Source: Trichosphaerium sp. ATCC 40318 (taxonomy: Eukaryota; Protista; Tubulinea). From it: a DNA stretch of 64,000 nt. The stretch spans positions 54,490 to 118,489 of the forward strand of contig JALMLS010000207.1 in the NCBI GenBank assembly GCA_038496445.1. Reading direction: 5' to 3'. The notes under the pieces are model-generated. The model was not told where the DNA came from. It searched no databases and was given only the letters and a program-made list of their open reading frames with translations. Made by a program: the position numbers and the translations under genes. Below are positions 25,398 through 37,443 of this stretch, piece after piece; within the stretch, counting starts at the first letter, position 1; every line of letters starts with the position of its first letter.

Positions 25398-26237
25398 ATG
25401 TCAACCGATATTGGTGTACACGGTAGTAAGGCTTTACAAAATCGTAGAGTAACAGAGTGCACAGAAGAAGAAGCATGGAGTTTAGGGAATATTCCAGCAG
25501 ATATCATTTTCTTGCTGTTAGACTTGTTGGTACAAGACGAGCCGCCTGCGATTGTGCGTATGCTTTGTGTAAATAACCATTTGTGTAATACCATCAAACA
25601 ATCAACACTTGGCCAAGAATGGTTCTTAAAAGACGCTATGGTGTTGTACTATTTTTATATGCTTGATCGACGCACTTTAGAGAACGTCAGACGTAAACAA
25701 TACAAACTCGTCGTGTATCATGGAGATGGCCCCACCATAAAGTATTTAGACTCTCTTTGGGACCGATTTGCATCTCCTGGCGGTTTGATGGCAGAAAGAC
25801 TTGATGCAATACTGGCTCAGTCAAAAATCAATGTCTATGTACAAGATGGTCCATGCAGCATTTGTAAGGCTGAGAAAACACGTTTCTGTAACCCTTTACC
25901 TCGTGGACGTAAATATGAGAAAGTTTGTTTTGATTGCTCTAAAAAGTGCTTTGATTCTCCTAAACCACTACGACGACTGAATATCATACTTCGTAACTAT
26001 TTCACTGTTGTTATTTATCACATGTGGACCTGTCGGATGAAATTGCCAAAGGCTGTGGAGCAGACTTTTGACAAAGAAAAACAATATTGTGCTGTTATGG
26101 AGTTTTTACCTCATCAAGGTTCAGTGTTGTTTGACAATGGAACTTTCTTTTTAGGATGGTTGGATCCACGTTGTGGCAGTGAATGGGAGCTACCCTCAGC
26201 TAAATCGGATAATGACTCTAGTGCGCCCAAAAATTAG
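25398..26237 (+). CDS. Intronless F-box-like / CxxC-CxxC protein, paralogue B
   Basis: Homologous over its length to 10763..11593. Likely ATG is 25398: context aacaccaATGTCA versus aacaccATGTCC in the paralogue. Confidence 0.75.
   Translation: MSTDIGVHGSKALQNRRVTECTEEEAWSLGNIPADIIFLLLDLLVQDEPPAIVRMLCVNNHLCNTIKQSTLGQEWFLKDAMVLYYFYMLDRRTLENVRRKQYKLVVYHGDGPTIKYLDSLWDRFASPGGLMAERLDAILAQSKINVYVQDGPCSICKAEKTRFCNPLPRGRKYEKVCFDCSKKCFDSPKPLRRLNIILRNYFTVVIYHMWTCRMKLPKAVEQTFDKEKQYCAVMEFLPHQGSVLFDNGTFFLGWLDPRCGSEWELPSAKSDNDSSAPKN
25454..25637 (+). repeat. 184-bp inverted repeat arm (partner 11372..11555)
   Basis: Direct manual alignment with the reverse complement of 11372..11555. Confidence 0.9.
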
Positions 26238-26534
26238 CAGTTCTGATGAGGATTCTCAATGTGCTGTGATATCTTTATAAAGAGTACTTGTTTGTTGCCA
26301 TTACTTTATAAGCAATTAAAAGTGGGTTGTGGTGATATGTGCTTAAGTGTAAACACCCTGCATCAAATATTTGGTGTAACGGCCTGTGGCAGATGTACTT
26401 CTCTCATATGCTTCTTTAGGCATGCAAGTACCTCATGTTTCATATTGTGCTTATAAAACCAGACTTTTCAAGAGGCAACAAGGATATGTATAAATTGTAA
26501 AATACAGAAAATTTTTTTTTTTACTTCAAACATA

Positions 26535-28270
26535 TCACGTTTCTTTTTTTTCTTCTTTTTTTCCTTCTTCTGCAGGTTTATCTTTCTTTACAATTTTTTT
26601 GAAGAACGTAAAAATCTTTTTAATACCTGAAGTATCAACCTTTTCTAACTTTGCAAGAGATGCTGACTTACGCGGCTTTTTCTATAAAAAGCGTCAAAAA
26701 AAGTCTGCTCTGTTGCCATTCCCGTGCAACATGTAAAAGAAAATCACGTGCCTTTGGTTTTTGTATCTCCTCGTCAGAGTTATCATCAAAAGCATCTCTT
26801 CCTCTCTTCCTTGTTGCAGAAGGATTGCTGAAATTAGCGAAAAATTGACGTCTTGTTTGTTTGATCCTAATGTAGAGAGTATGAACAACCAACTAAGGTA
26901 AAATTTACTCTGTGTTACGTACCCTAAACTCTCTCGAAGCTTTGCCGTCCATTTAGGCTGTAAATATTCTGATAACATCCCAATACCAATACTGAGTTGT
27001 TGGTCTTTTTTTTCAAAAGTTAGGTTTTTTTGATAGCTAGAAAAGTCAGGCTGCTTCATATGTACCTCTTGTTAAACTATCTTCTGCTGATTCTTTATAT
27101 CCCATAGCTTGTGCACGAACAAGTGAAAATCCACCATCTGGTAGTTTCGGTACATAAGCCGAGATTTTGTTTATTTTTGCTTTTAACCACAAAAGCAATT
27201 TCTTTTCTGAAAATCTGTAATACTTATCCTCGCCAATTTCTATCACAACGTTAAGATCACAAGATATAAAAACAGGTTGGTAATATATCAGACCTTTAAT
27301 GTCACATATAAGAGATAAATTAAGTGAAGGATTGTCGTGTAAATCACGTAACGCAGGATATTTCTGATCAACAAAGATATCAAGGTAGTCAATAAAAACA
27401 CCCTCTTCTTTCTCCTAATAAACGTAAGATACTAGATTGAATCTTGCGCCCAATCAAGAGCTATCACGTTTTTATTGAAAAAAAACTATCACGTGAGTGT
27501 CACATGATGTGAATGAAAAAAATGTAAAACTGTAAAAAAATGATTTGAGACTTATTTTTTGAAGAGTAAAGATAACGTACAGCTTTACAAAGCTTAGGTA
27601 GTATTGGTATAAACATAAATATAGGATCAATAGGTGTCACAATGTACATACAACCATCTAAACAAAATAAAATATTAATTATTATATCGTGTTAAAAACA
27701 ACGCTTATAATACGCTCTAATACGAATATACGCGAAACGCATTAGTTATGAAGTTGTGTATTCAATTAAAAGCGCGTTTCAATTTTCTCAACAATAAAAC
27801 CCGTAACAGGCTCGTTTTGCGTTTATAGACATGTACACGCATTTACCTGATTTAATACTGTCGTCTACAAACCAAGAAGCTGCTTCAGGCTTGGCGCGGG
27901 AAATTTCAAATAGTTTTTTGTCTTTACTCTGCCAGTACTTGCACAGGTCGCCTGTGATTGCGCTTAGTACATTTTGTTTAAAGTTTGCTTGTGATCATCT
28001 TAAAATCGTTCGTTTTGGCTGCATTATCACCACAACGCGTATGAGTACCTGTTTTAGGGTGTGGGAGGGATATAATTTTCGATCCAACGCCATTTCCTTT
28101 AACTGTGTCAAAAACAAATACAAATATCTCTTCACTGTACCAGGATGTATGAAAACGTATTCTTTATGTCTTTTCTTGGCTGGAGTCTCTGGTGGAGGTC
28201 CAATATCTATATCGACGTTTTCTTCGCCTGAATCCTCACCATAGTCTGTTTCTGCCATAGATTCTTCCAT
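26535..28270 (-). CDS. RNASEH2B: Ribonuclease H2 subunit B, multi-exon
   Basis: Spliced motifs ISLPHPKTG, SWFVDDSIKSDGCMYIVTPIDPIFMFIPIL, YYRFSEKKLLLWLKAKI and C-terminal LEKVDTSGIKKIFTFF (PIP-box-like). Confidence 0.9.
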
Positions 28271-28523
28271 CGTTTGCAGTAATCAGAAAGGAACCTTCAC
28301 AAAAAAAAAACGTTAACTTCTGGGTCAACGGGTAGCTTTAGTATTACCTTCGTAGTGCGCGAATACGTCCTAAATGCTACCGCTAGTACAGTCCGTTGAT
28401 TGTATTTATGCAACGCGAGCACGTTTTCCACCAAATCGTCACAAGATACGCTCAATTACGTAAAACTAATTGTAGTTCTACATTTTGTCACACTGCACTT
28501 ACTGCCAAAGAAACACCATAAAA

Positions 28524-31500
28524 ATGCCACAAATCGTTCCATTTTTGTCGTGTATGCTAATGACACTCTGCATAAAATCTTAATTAGTGCTTGCAGAAGA
28601 GCAGGTCACGATAGCAAGGAAGTTCTCCCTTCAAACTGTGTTTTGTCATCCGCGGAAACTCCCGCTTGTTCTACTACTCGCCAGGCGTCAGCGAGCATCG
28701 CTGCCAGGAACATCTTTGTTCCCAAGACTCATACAAGCGTGCACACAGCTTCACTAAACTGTAATTCATAATCACTACAGACGCAAGAGCTCAGGTCCAG
28801 GCGAAGATAAAACATCCCTGTAATGGACTTTAAGCAGAACGCAGTATTCCTAGTTGCTGTTCCTGTATCCCATCAGTCAGAATTAACCTCTTATCAATAC
28901 CCATTACTATTTTCTTAACTTACAAGGTCTACGCAATCGTATGCGCTTCAGTAGCATATTTAACAGCTTCATGGGCTCTGGTCGCTGTATTCGCAACTGT
29001 AGGTGTTGGCGTAGCAGCAGAAAGGAGCGTGGCTATAGCTAAATCGCGTCATGTTGCCATACGTGCCGTTGAAGCCACTAAAAAACTCGATGAATCCAAG
29101 TCATTAATTACGAAGTTACAAGCAGAGATTGCTATGGAAAAGAGAGAGCTACTTATAGCAAGAGAAGAAACTGAAAAAGCTAAAGCTAATCTAGGTACTA
29201 CTTTTTTTTTTCTTCACGTATTTTCGTAAAATATCACGTGCGCTTTGGATAATCAAAGCAGTTTTTCTCATTTAGCTTTTTTTTTCTGCTTTTTTGTTAC
29301 GCCGCTAGTTGACGGATATTTTTTCCGTTGTGCATTTTTTTTGTCGAACCACGCATTGTTGTTTATGTAAAAGTTAAAATCACGTGATTAGAAAGCAATA
29401 CTCCGCTTAATTTTTTTTATTTTTTTCAATCGCGTGCAGTTTTCTGGTATCCCTTTATTTAGCTTTTCTAATTATTATTTTACTTCTAGAAGCATTGAAA
29501 GTAAATCACGAGGAGCTATCTGTCAGCTTTGAAGGTACGACGGAAGTTCCAGCCGGACTTTTTTTTTTCTTTTTCTTAATTAGTTTAATAGAACAGAAAG
29601 AGCAAGTCAGTAGAATTGAAAGAGATAATCACGCTCTGACCACTAAAGTGAGGTATGTAACCTCATTTTCAGATGTTTATATCTCGGATAATTGTATACT
29701 GCACGTCTTAGACGTTGTACAAATGCACGTTGAATGCAAATAATGACAAGGTTTAGTGAGCTAGTTGAGGGCACAAAATTATTGACTAGCGAAAATGCAG
29801 TATTGAAGCAACAGTGTGCTGTACTCACTCAAGATGTTGCATCTGCCAGACGAAAAGGTTACGAATCTGACAAGAAAACAAAAGAAGAAGGAACTGCATT
29901 GAAAGAATTCATGGTAGAGATGCAAAAGGTTTCAAAAGCGAGACAAGAGAATCAATCAACTAAAGTAGAACAGTTAATGTCCAAAAACGCACAACTTGAA
30001 TCGAACCTTGAGAAAGCCCGAAGAGAATTGAAAACTATTAATGAGAAACTAAGAACTGTTGAGTCCGAAGCTACTACGTATAAAACGCAGCATGAAAAGG
30101 TTCGTTTGTAGTTTTTTGGAAACTTTTTCTTGACCTCTTCGCTGGCTTCTTATTCTCTCTTCAAGGCCACAGCCGATGCTGTAGATGCAAGTGATTTGAC
30201 TAATCAATTAGAATCTTTAACAATTGAAAAAAGAAAGATGGCCATGCACGTTGAACAGTTAGAGTTTTTGTTACGAAAAAAAGAAAAGGAGGTATCACAA
30301 GTTGAGAAAGAAAAGAACGATGAAGTATCAAGAGTAGCAAAGGAAGCTGAAGAGAATGTTTCTCAATTAAATCAAGTACGTGTCTTATGTCCCTTTCTTT
30401 ATGACGTCATATTATTTTCTGACATTATTTAATAGGCACTCGACGAGAGAGACAGTCAGTTACAATTTCTTTTACAAACAATAAACGGAATTGAGAAAAA
30501 ACTCAAACAAAAAACAATCGAAGCAGAGTCTCTTCAACATGACGTCAACGAGGTACTTCCGCGTTTCATTCCAACTAGATGCTATTTGTACCCTTCCCAG
30601 TATTTTTTTACACCACGTGGAAATCACGTGATATATTTTTTCCCTTCTCAATAATAACTGTTGGTGTAGCTCCTTGAAGCAGACAGTGCAAGCCAAGAAC
30701 TCATTAATTCTTTGGAATCAAGAATTGAAGGACAACATGAAAGTATGCAAGCGATTTACGAGAGCGCAGAAGCGTTAAAAGAGGAGAACGATGCACTTGA
30801 AACTAAACTTCTTGATACCATGGATAGAGCCGGAAAAGCAATAAAGAACGCTTCAATGTATGAGATAAAGTACAAAAAAGTGAACGATGTACGTCTACAT
30901 TCGGCTAAAACTTCATTTACTAAACCAGAAATAGGAGATGACGCAAATGAGTAACCAACTCAAAGTGATGAACAGTGTTGTAAAGCGCTTACAAGCACCA
31001 AAACCAGAGGGCGTATGTTCTTAGTTTTATCTTGATTCGTTCTTGCCTGTTGACAAACGTACTTATTTGGTTATTTAGCCACAAAGATACAAGAGAGTGA
31101 GAAGGCATAAGCGTACTTCAGTACAACTTACAGGATCATTGCGATCAGGTTTTAGCACAGGAACCCCAAAACCTCGATCAAAACGTGCACGAGCGAAATC
31201 ACTACCAGCAACTTACTCTGGTATTACTCTTAGCGAATGCTGCGTACGCTTACCTAATCCTATGTAGGTTCTATATTTTCCAGACTTCATGTCGTGCAAG
31301 CTCTATTCAGGCGTAAGATAGCGATGGATGCGTTGGCTGCTAAAAAACAGAACATTGTTTTCGTTCAAGGTCTTTTCCGTCGTTTATTTGTCTTTAAGCA
31401 TAGGAAGTGGGGAGGTACTTGAATTTTACTTTAAGTGATATATTACGTGCTTATCATGTATTTTATAGTACGTGGTATGGAGTTGAGAGGTAGAGTGCTT

Positions 31501-33101
31501 CAAGAAATTATTGATACTGAGAAAAATTATATGGCACAACTTCAATCACTGCTACAGGTACCCACACTATGTGCTCACTTGTTTACTAATTATTTTTGTA
31601 AAGACTTACAAACGTCCTTTGGAAATAACTCAAACCTTAACCAAGTCTCAAATTGCCAAGATGTTCTCAAGGTACGCCTTGACTTGAGGGGTGATTTTCT
31701 CTTACTTTTTTGACGTAGCATTGAAACGATCTATAAGATTCATAGAGAGTTCCAAGCAAGCCTCGATGAGAGGTTTGGTCGTAGCAAAGCAACCAATAAG
31801 GCTGTTATTTGTATTGCTGATATTTTCCTTTCAATGGTGTGTTAAGACGACAAACCTTTAGTGTATTTTGCTTACGTTGATAGGTTCCATACTTGAAGTC
31901 TTATACGACGTATGTAAATAACTATAGTACTGCATTACGCACTCTACTAGAGTGTCGTAGAGCCAATCCGCAGTTTGCCAAGTTCACAGAGGTAAATCGA
32001 CAAGAAACACAATCCATTTCTCACTTTTTTCTAAACTTCCAATTAGGCTCCTGTTGGTGGTGTTGGTCTACCTTTGAAAGATATGTTAATTGTACCAATA
32101 CAAAGATTACCAGTACGTATTTGAGTATAGTAGATAAAATTTACTAACTATTTTGTGAAGAGATATTTATTGTTGTTTTCTGATCTTCAAGAACATACAC
32201 CAGCTTTTCATGCCGATTTCAAAAATATTAAAGAGGCATTAGGAAAGGTAGGTTGTTTCCTTAGGCAGACGGTATCAGTGTAGATTTATTTGTGCAATTT
32301 ATGGTAAATAATTATTGAAATAGGTTGGAGAAGTAACTAGACATATCAACGTAATGCGTCGGGATTCTGGTGAGCTTCTTATTTTTTTCTCAGAAAAATT
32401 AGTTCAATTGATGATGTTTCTAATACGTCTTAGAGAACTTTAAGAAAATGACAGAGTTAACAAAGAGGATGAAGCTTAAAAAGCGTCCAAAGGGTGGAGA
32501 GTACTGGCCTTTGCAGGTACTAACAGGATACTGGGTTTTTGGCCTTCTTTTGCTAATTGATGTTTTTTTAGAGTCGAGATGAACTTATTCAACCACATCG
32601 CAAGTTGTTGTATCATTTACCTCTACCTTCACTACCGTATGGCTATTTTTTACACGTTTGCATGGTTTCTAAGCTGATTTCTTTTATAGTAAAGGACCTG
32701 ATGGATTGGAGATTGAGAAACATATTTTTGTGTTTACAGATATGTTAATGATTTGCGAAGCAAAGGAGAAGAATTCTCGTCTTTTTGGAACTTCTATTGA
32801 GTACGTTTTTGTTTTAAAGAGAGGTATATTGCGCTGCGTTTACTCATTTCAATATAGGTACAGAGAGCTTGTTTTTATTAAGATCAGTCATTGTAAGATA
32901 AGAGAGCAATCAGAAAGTACGTACCAACAATGTTTTTTTTTTAATGATTTAATTTTTTTATTAGGTGTTATTGAGATAATGGGACCAGGACAGTCGTTTA
33001 TGTTCAAAGCAGAGAACGATGTATCAAAAGACAACCTTTTTTCTAATATACTATCAGCGAAAACTTTTTACTTGCGTAATGAGAGAACCACTAGCACGTG
33101 A
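28524..33101 (+). CDS. Dbl-family RhoGEF: hydrophobic N-terminal segment - long coiled coil - IQ-like - DH - PH, multi-exon
   Basis: DH: RGRVLQEIIDTEKNYMAQL, LKSYTTYVNNY, LIVPIQRLPRYLLLFSDLQEHTP. PH: EKHIFVFTDMLMIC. Coiled-coil exons at 29030-30950. The start is uncertain (28524 or 28823). Confidence 0.85.
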
Positions 33102-33297
33102 TTATTCTCAGCACGATTTAGAAAAAAACCTTTTGTAAATAAAGTACTTTAATGATAATGTTCTTTCTGTTGTACACCCAGATGTATGTGCATTACAAGT
33201 AATATGATTACTTTTATGCAAATAAACTGCAAAAGTCAGATCTACCTCGATACCATTATCCAAACTAGCATAAAGCAGTGTGTCTCTGGTTATCAAC

Positions 33298-34076
33298 TAC
33301 ATCAAATTACATTTATTTATACACCTGTTTTTCTTCTTTTTTGCTTTGCTTTCTTTAGTGCTCTCCTTGTCCGTGAGTTCTGGAAACATATCATTAAAGC
33401 TTGACCATGAACAGTATGCTTCCTCACGTGTAAGAGCGGACATTTGCGGTATTTCTTCTTTTCTCTTTCTAGGTAACGCTTGTACTTTTAGGGTGGTAGA
33501 AATGAGCCATTATTTCGTCACTGTAATAGTTGTTGAGACTAAGAATAAGGTCATACGTACATTAAATAGTAAGGACAATGAGATATGCTATTATTAAGTA
33601 ATATTACAGTATAAGGCAGTCAATAGTTTTCGCTTGAAACAGCTGTAGGTAAGGTGACATGATTTTATCGAAAGTGTTTTGCGGAAAAATAAATGAACGG
33701 TATGAGATAGAAGAAGCATTTGTTTCAACGCTTCAGAAAACAGTGACAAGTTAAAGAAATATAGTAAACACGGAAAGCTTATTACCTTCCTAAGCCAAGT
33801 AAATTATACTTTCCATATTTATTTAGCAAATGCAAATTAAACCTACAAGCGCATACAGTTCAATGCCGCTTGAAAATTGCTGTAGGTCACACTTGCACTT
33901 GGGCTTGTACACCAGTACTATTTAAAGCACTGGTAGGCGTTGCAGTTTGTGGTGAAATGGAGTTGTTGGTGACATCTGTAGGCGCTACTGTTGGTATTGT
34001 TGTAGTACTACTTGTTGGAGGTGTGGTAGCATTGTTGGGCAAGTTGGTTGGTGAAGTAGGAGGTGGTGGAACACGC
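33298..34076 (-). CDS. Possible small spliced gene, Pro/Thr-rich, ending in a polybasic + CaaX tail
   Basis: Pro/Thr-rich frame at 33890-34076, GT-AG-bounded segments, and a last frame ending KAKKKKNRCINKCNLM*. I could not assemble a continuous model. Confidence 0.3.
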
Positions 34077-34984
34077 TAAACAAAGTTATAACTGTAACAG
34101 CGGGATAAAAGAAATAGTTAAGTGTCCTCAGTTTATGCAAATTCTAAGGTAAATATCAACCTATTGATGCCTTGAGATATCAACTAAAAAAAGTAAAGGA
34201 TGCAAAATACTTCTGTTTTGAATTTGTGTTGAAGCTTACAACTTCGTACAAGACTGAGCCGGAAAGACCTGACCTAGTAGTGGTAATTCACGGCGTTTCC
34301 TGGGGTTTTGGATGTATCAGCCCAGATATCAAACAATTTAATTGTTGTCAGTTTCACTTTTTTGTAGCGACGGCACTTTTCCACATAGTGACGGAGCAAA
34401 CGACCTTAAAAACACCTTTGCTACGCAAATACACCAAACTTAACTCACCTTTGCTCAACGAACTCAAACTCAACTATTTTGCCAAGAGCTCGAATCAACA
34501 CGCGCACCAAATCTTATACACAGCATTGTTTGACCTTGTTTAATTAAAATCTACTAGTGACGTATCTGGTTGCTATAGGTCACTCTGCGCGTATTGCTAG
34601 CGTTTACACTGCAATTGCATAGAACTTGACTTGGAAACGCGTTATTGCTGCATGTTATTATGTGACTATGTTCGTAGAAATGTTGCAAAGCTAACTTAAC
34701 TGCATTTTCTGAAATTGTTTAAACGTCCTCTAAATACGCTTGTTGTATTCTACGTGCACTTGCACATATAAAAATGTTATTTTTGTTTCTGTGGGTAGTG
34801 CTCTCGCCGAATACGAATACCATATCTAATGAACGATATTCACTGAAATATTTTTCAATAAATTCTTATTACATGAACGCTAAACCACAATAAAATTGTT
34901 TGAGATTTACATTTTCTAATTGGGTTTTCATTTATTTGCAACAATTTTTACTCTCGTGAACACTGCCATCTCTTACTCTTTAAA

Positions 34985-35827
34985 ATGCAAACCTACAAAA
35001 ATTATACAGTTACTATTGCTCAGAATTCAAATGTGTTACAACGCCACCCACGCCAATCAAACACACGATCAGCACAAGCAACTACAGCGCTTGTTAATTT
35101 TCAAGTTGGACAATTTTCATTCTGTGTCAAGACTTGCATTGACTCTGGTGTCGGTTTGAGTATTTTGCCTTATGAGTTTCATACTATGTTTTCAATTCCA
35201 CTAAGTCCAACAACTCAAAGGATACGTACTACCAACAGGAGAATAGTAGACGTTGTCGGCGAGCTCATTGTAAAAGTAAAGATCGGCGGTACTGAAGCAA
35301 AAGCAATCAAGATGATTTGCTGCAAAGGTGTTTCCTGCCCTATCCTCGGTGTTGATGCATTGAGAGCACTACATGTTGTGATCGATCGCCCTAACCAAAG
35401 GATCATTGTTCACGACAATGATACGAATACGGCTCAAAAGATAATAAGAAATGCTCCTGCCGCTCGCAATAGTAACATACCTCTTCGTTTAACCAACTCA
35501 ATCGCTCTTGCCCCACGCACTAGAGTTGTTGTACCTATTGCCGCGCCCAATCCTATGAATCAAAGGAATGGTATGCTACGTGTTAAACGGTCAATGCTTT
35601 CTAGACAGATACCAAATGTAATGACATTGGGACAAGTCACACAGGTAAGAAATGGAAGAGCCCTACTTGGTATCCAAAACAATAGCCAAAGGCGTATAAA
35701 AATACGTCAAGGAAGTAGGGTTGGATCTGGAAAATGGATTTCATCTGGTGCTATTCCAGCACGTGTACCAGCTCGTAGGCCAAATACCCGCACCAGAAGA
35801 TCTCAAGCTTCATTTTCTCATCAATAA
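34985..35827 (+). CDS. Intronless retropepsin-like aspartic protease with a basic beta-rich C-terminal region (LTR-retroelement-like, no RT)
   Basis: CIDSGVGLSIL (DSG catalytic motif) and PILGVDAL (ILGxD motif). The downstream IALAPRTRVVV...IQNNSQRRIKIRQGSRVG resembles the post-protease segment of Ty3/Gypsy pol. Confidence 0.75.
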   Translation: MQTYKNYTVTIAQNSNVLQRHPRQSNTRSAQATTALVNFQVGQFSFCVKTCIDSGVGLSILPYEFHTMFSIPLSPTTQRIRTTNRRIVDVVGELIVKVKIGGTEAKAIKMICCKGVSCPILGVDALRALHVVIDRPNQRIIVHDNDTNTAQKIIRNAPAARNSNIPLRLTNSIALAPRTRVVVPIAAPNPMNQRNGMLRVKRSMLSRQIPNVMTLGQVTQVRNGRALLGIQNNSQRRIKIRQGSRVGSGKWISSGAIPARVPARRPNTRTRRSQASFSHQ

Positions 35828-36023
35828 ACAGAAACTCATTTGTTTAAGGATACATCTTGTCATTTAAAAGCTTTGTAAGCATTAACTATCACCACTGTGA
35901 TATCAAATAAATATCCATTCAGGAAAATTTTTATTATTTTCTGTTTGTACAGTTCTTCTATTGTTCATTTTTGTGCTATTGGTTGCACTCCTTCATCGAT
36001 ACTTTTTCTCATTACCTTTTCTA

Positions 36024-36902
36024 TCAAAAATACTTACAGTCTTCTTGTTTGCCATCAACATAACGACAGAAGAATTTCAAATGGCCATTTTTGGCCCATT
36101 TTCTATACTCTCCAATAAGTTTATCGTTGACATAATGACAATGTGTATCTTTATGAGGAAACCAGTTATTATAAGGGCAATAATCATTGCAAGAAGTATA
36201 GTACCATCTTGTGTACTCTCCTTCTAGTTTGCCATTGAGATAGATACAACGATCTTGCTTTCCACCATCGTCGTACCAGCTCTTGTACTCTCCTTCAAGT
36301 TTGTTGTTGACATACTTACAATGCTCTTCTTGTTTACCATTATTGTACCAGCTCTTGTACTCTCCTTCAGGTCTATCATTGACATACGTACACTGTAGAC
36401 GTATTTGTCCATTTTTGTACCATTGCTCGCAGTAAGTTTCGTTTTCACTTTTGAATACAAAATGATTGTATATCGTTCCATCCTCGTACCAATATTTATA
36501 TTCTCCATGCATTTTCCCGTTAACAAAATGGCACGTTTCCTTCAATAAACCGTTCATATACCACCCTTCATACTTTCCTTGCTCTTTTCCATTGACATAG
36601 TTGGCACGTATCATCAGCCTCCGCTCGTTAGGGTCTCCTTTACAGTAACTTGACTTAACTGCCAATTGGTCATACCATTTTAATCTCTTTCCGTGACGTT
36701 TACCATGACTGAAATACTCTTGTTCTAAAATTTGTGATGTTGCTGTGTTGATTTTAAGCCATTTTCCATGTTTTTTCAAGTCGTAGTTGAACCGTGTTGT
36801 CATTGCGGCCTGTTTTGATAGCATAGGGAGCTTTATATAAATTTCGTGGTCTAAATCAATAATATCAAGTTGTAACTCAACTGGAAGTTGTAATAATCGC
36901 AT
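36024..36902 (-). CDS. Intronless F-box-like + MORN-variant (YwqK-like) repeat protein
   Basis: LLQLPVELQLDII N-terminus, followed by ~23-aa repeats of type YVNGKxEGEYKSWYxNG. Confidence 0.85.
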   Translation of the reverse strand: MRLLQLPVELQLDIIDLDHEIYIKLPMLSKQAAMTTRFNYDLKKHGKWLKINTATSQILEQEYFSHGKRHGKRLKWYDQLAVKSSYCKGDPNERRLMIRANYVNGKEQGKYEGWYMNGLLKETCHFVNGKMHGEYKYWYEDGTIYNHFVFKSENETYCEQWYKNGQIRLQCTYVNDRPEGEYKSWYNNGKQEEHCKYVNNKLEGEYKSWYDDGGKQDRCIYLNGKLEGEYTRWYYTSCNDYCPYNNWFPHKDTHCHYVNDKLIGEYRKWAKNGHLKFFCRYVDGKQEDCKYF

Positions 36903-37443
36903 TTGAGGCCAATCGTCTGTAATTGTGTTTACGTATCTATTGTTAGTCTTTTAGCATAACACAATTTCACTAGCGCGTACGTAGCGTTTTCTTGGTTGTT
37001 GGTGATCATTTTTAGCGTTCTACAATGCAGCACGTGCAAAATGGTAGAAAAACAAGGACTGAACAGGTTCTTTTACTTCCGTAATCGAGCTATGAATGGC
37101 CTAGTGCGCTCCTAAACAGTGTCAAGCTACACTTTCCGACACTGTCACTTTATTGGTGGCGATTTGTTTCGTTTTGAATGAAAAAAAAAAAAAACGTTTT
37201 TTGAAAATTACGGCTTTCATTTATTTAAACCAACCTCACATGCAACGAACAGATGGATATCATTGCTTAAAGTAAAGAACAGCGGACTCATTAAGTAACA
37301 ATATCAATGAAGGCCATTCATTTTACAAAACAGTAGGCAACAAAAGTAGATTGGGTTTTATTGTGTAGTTATTATACATGCTTGCGCTGTACTATCATAA
37401 CACGGGTCGTAAAGGTGCAGTGATTCAAGAAATGAATGCAAGA

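Noticed and set aside
11372-25637. Giant DNA transposon with 184-bp terminal inverted repeats
   Set aside because: The repeats lie inside coding sequences that continue outward. No transposase or target-site duplication was seen, and the interior holds ordinary host genes.
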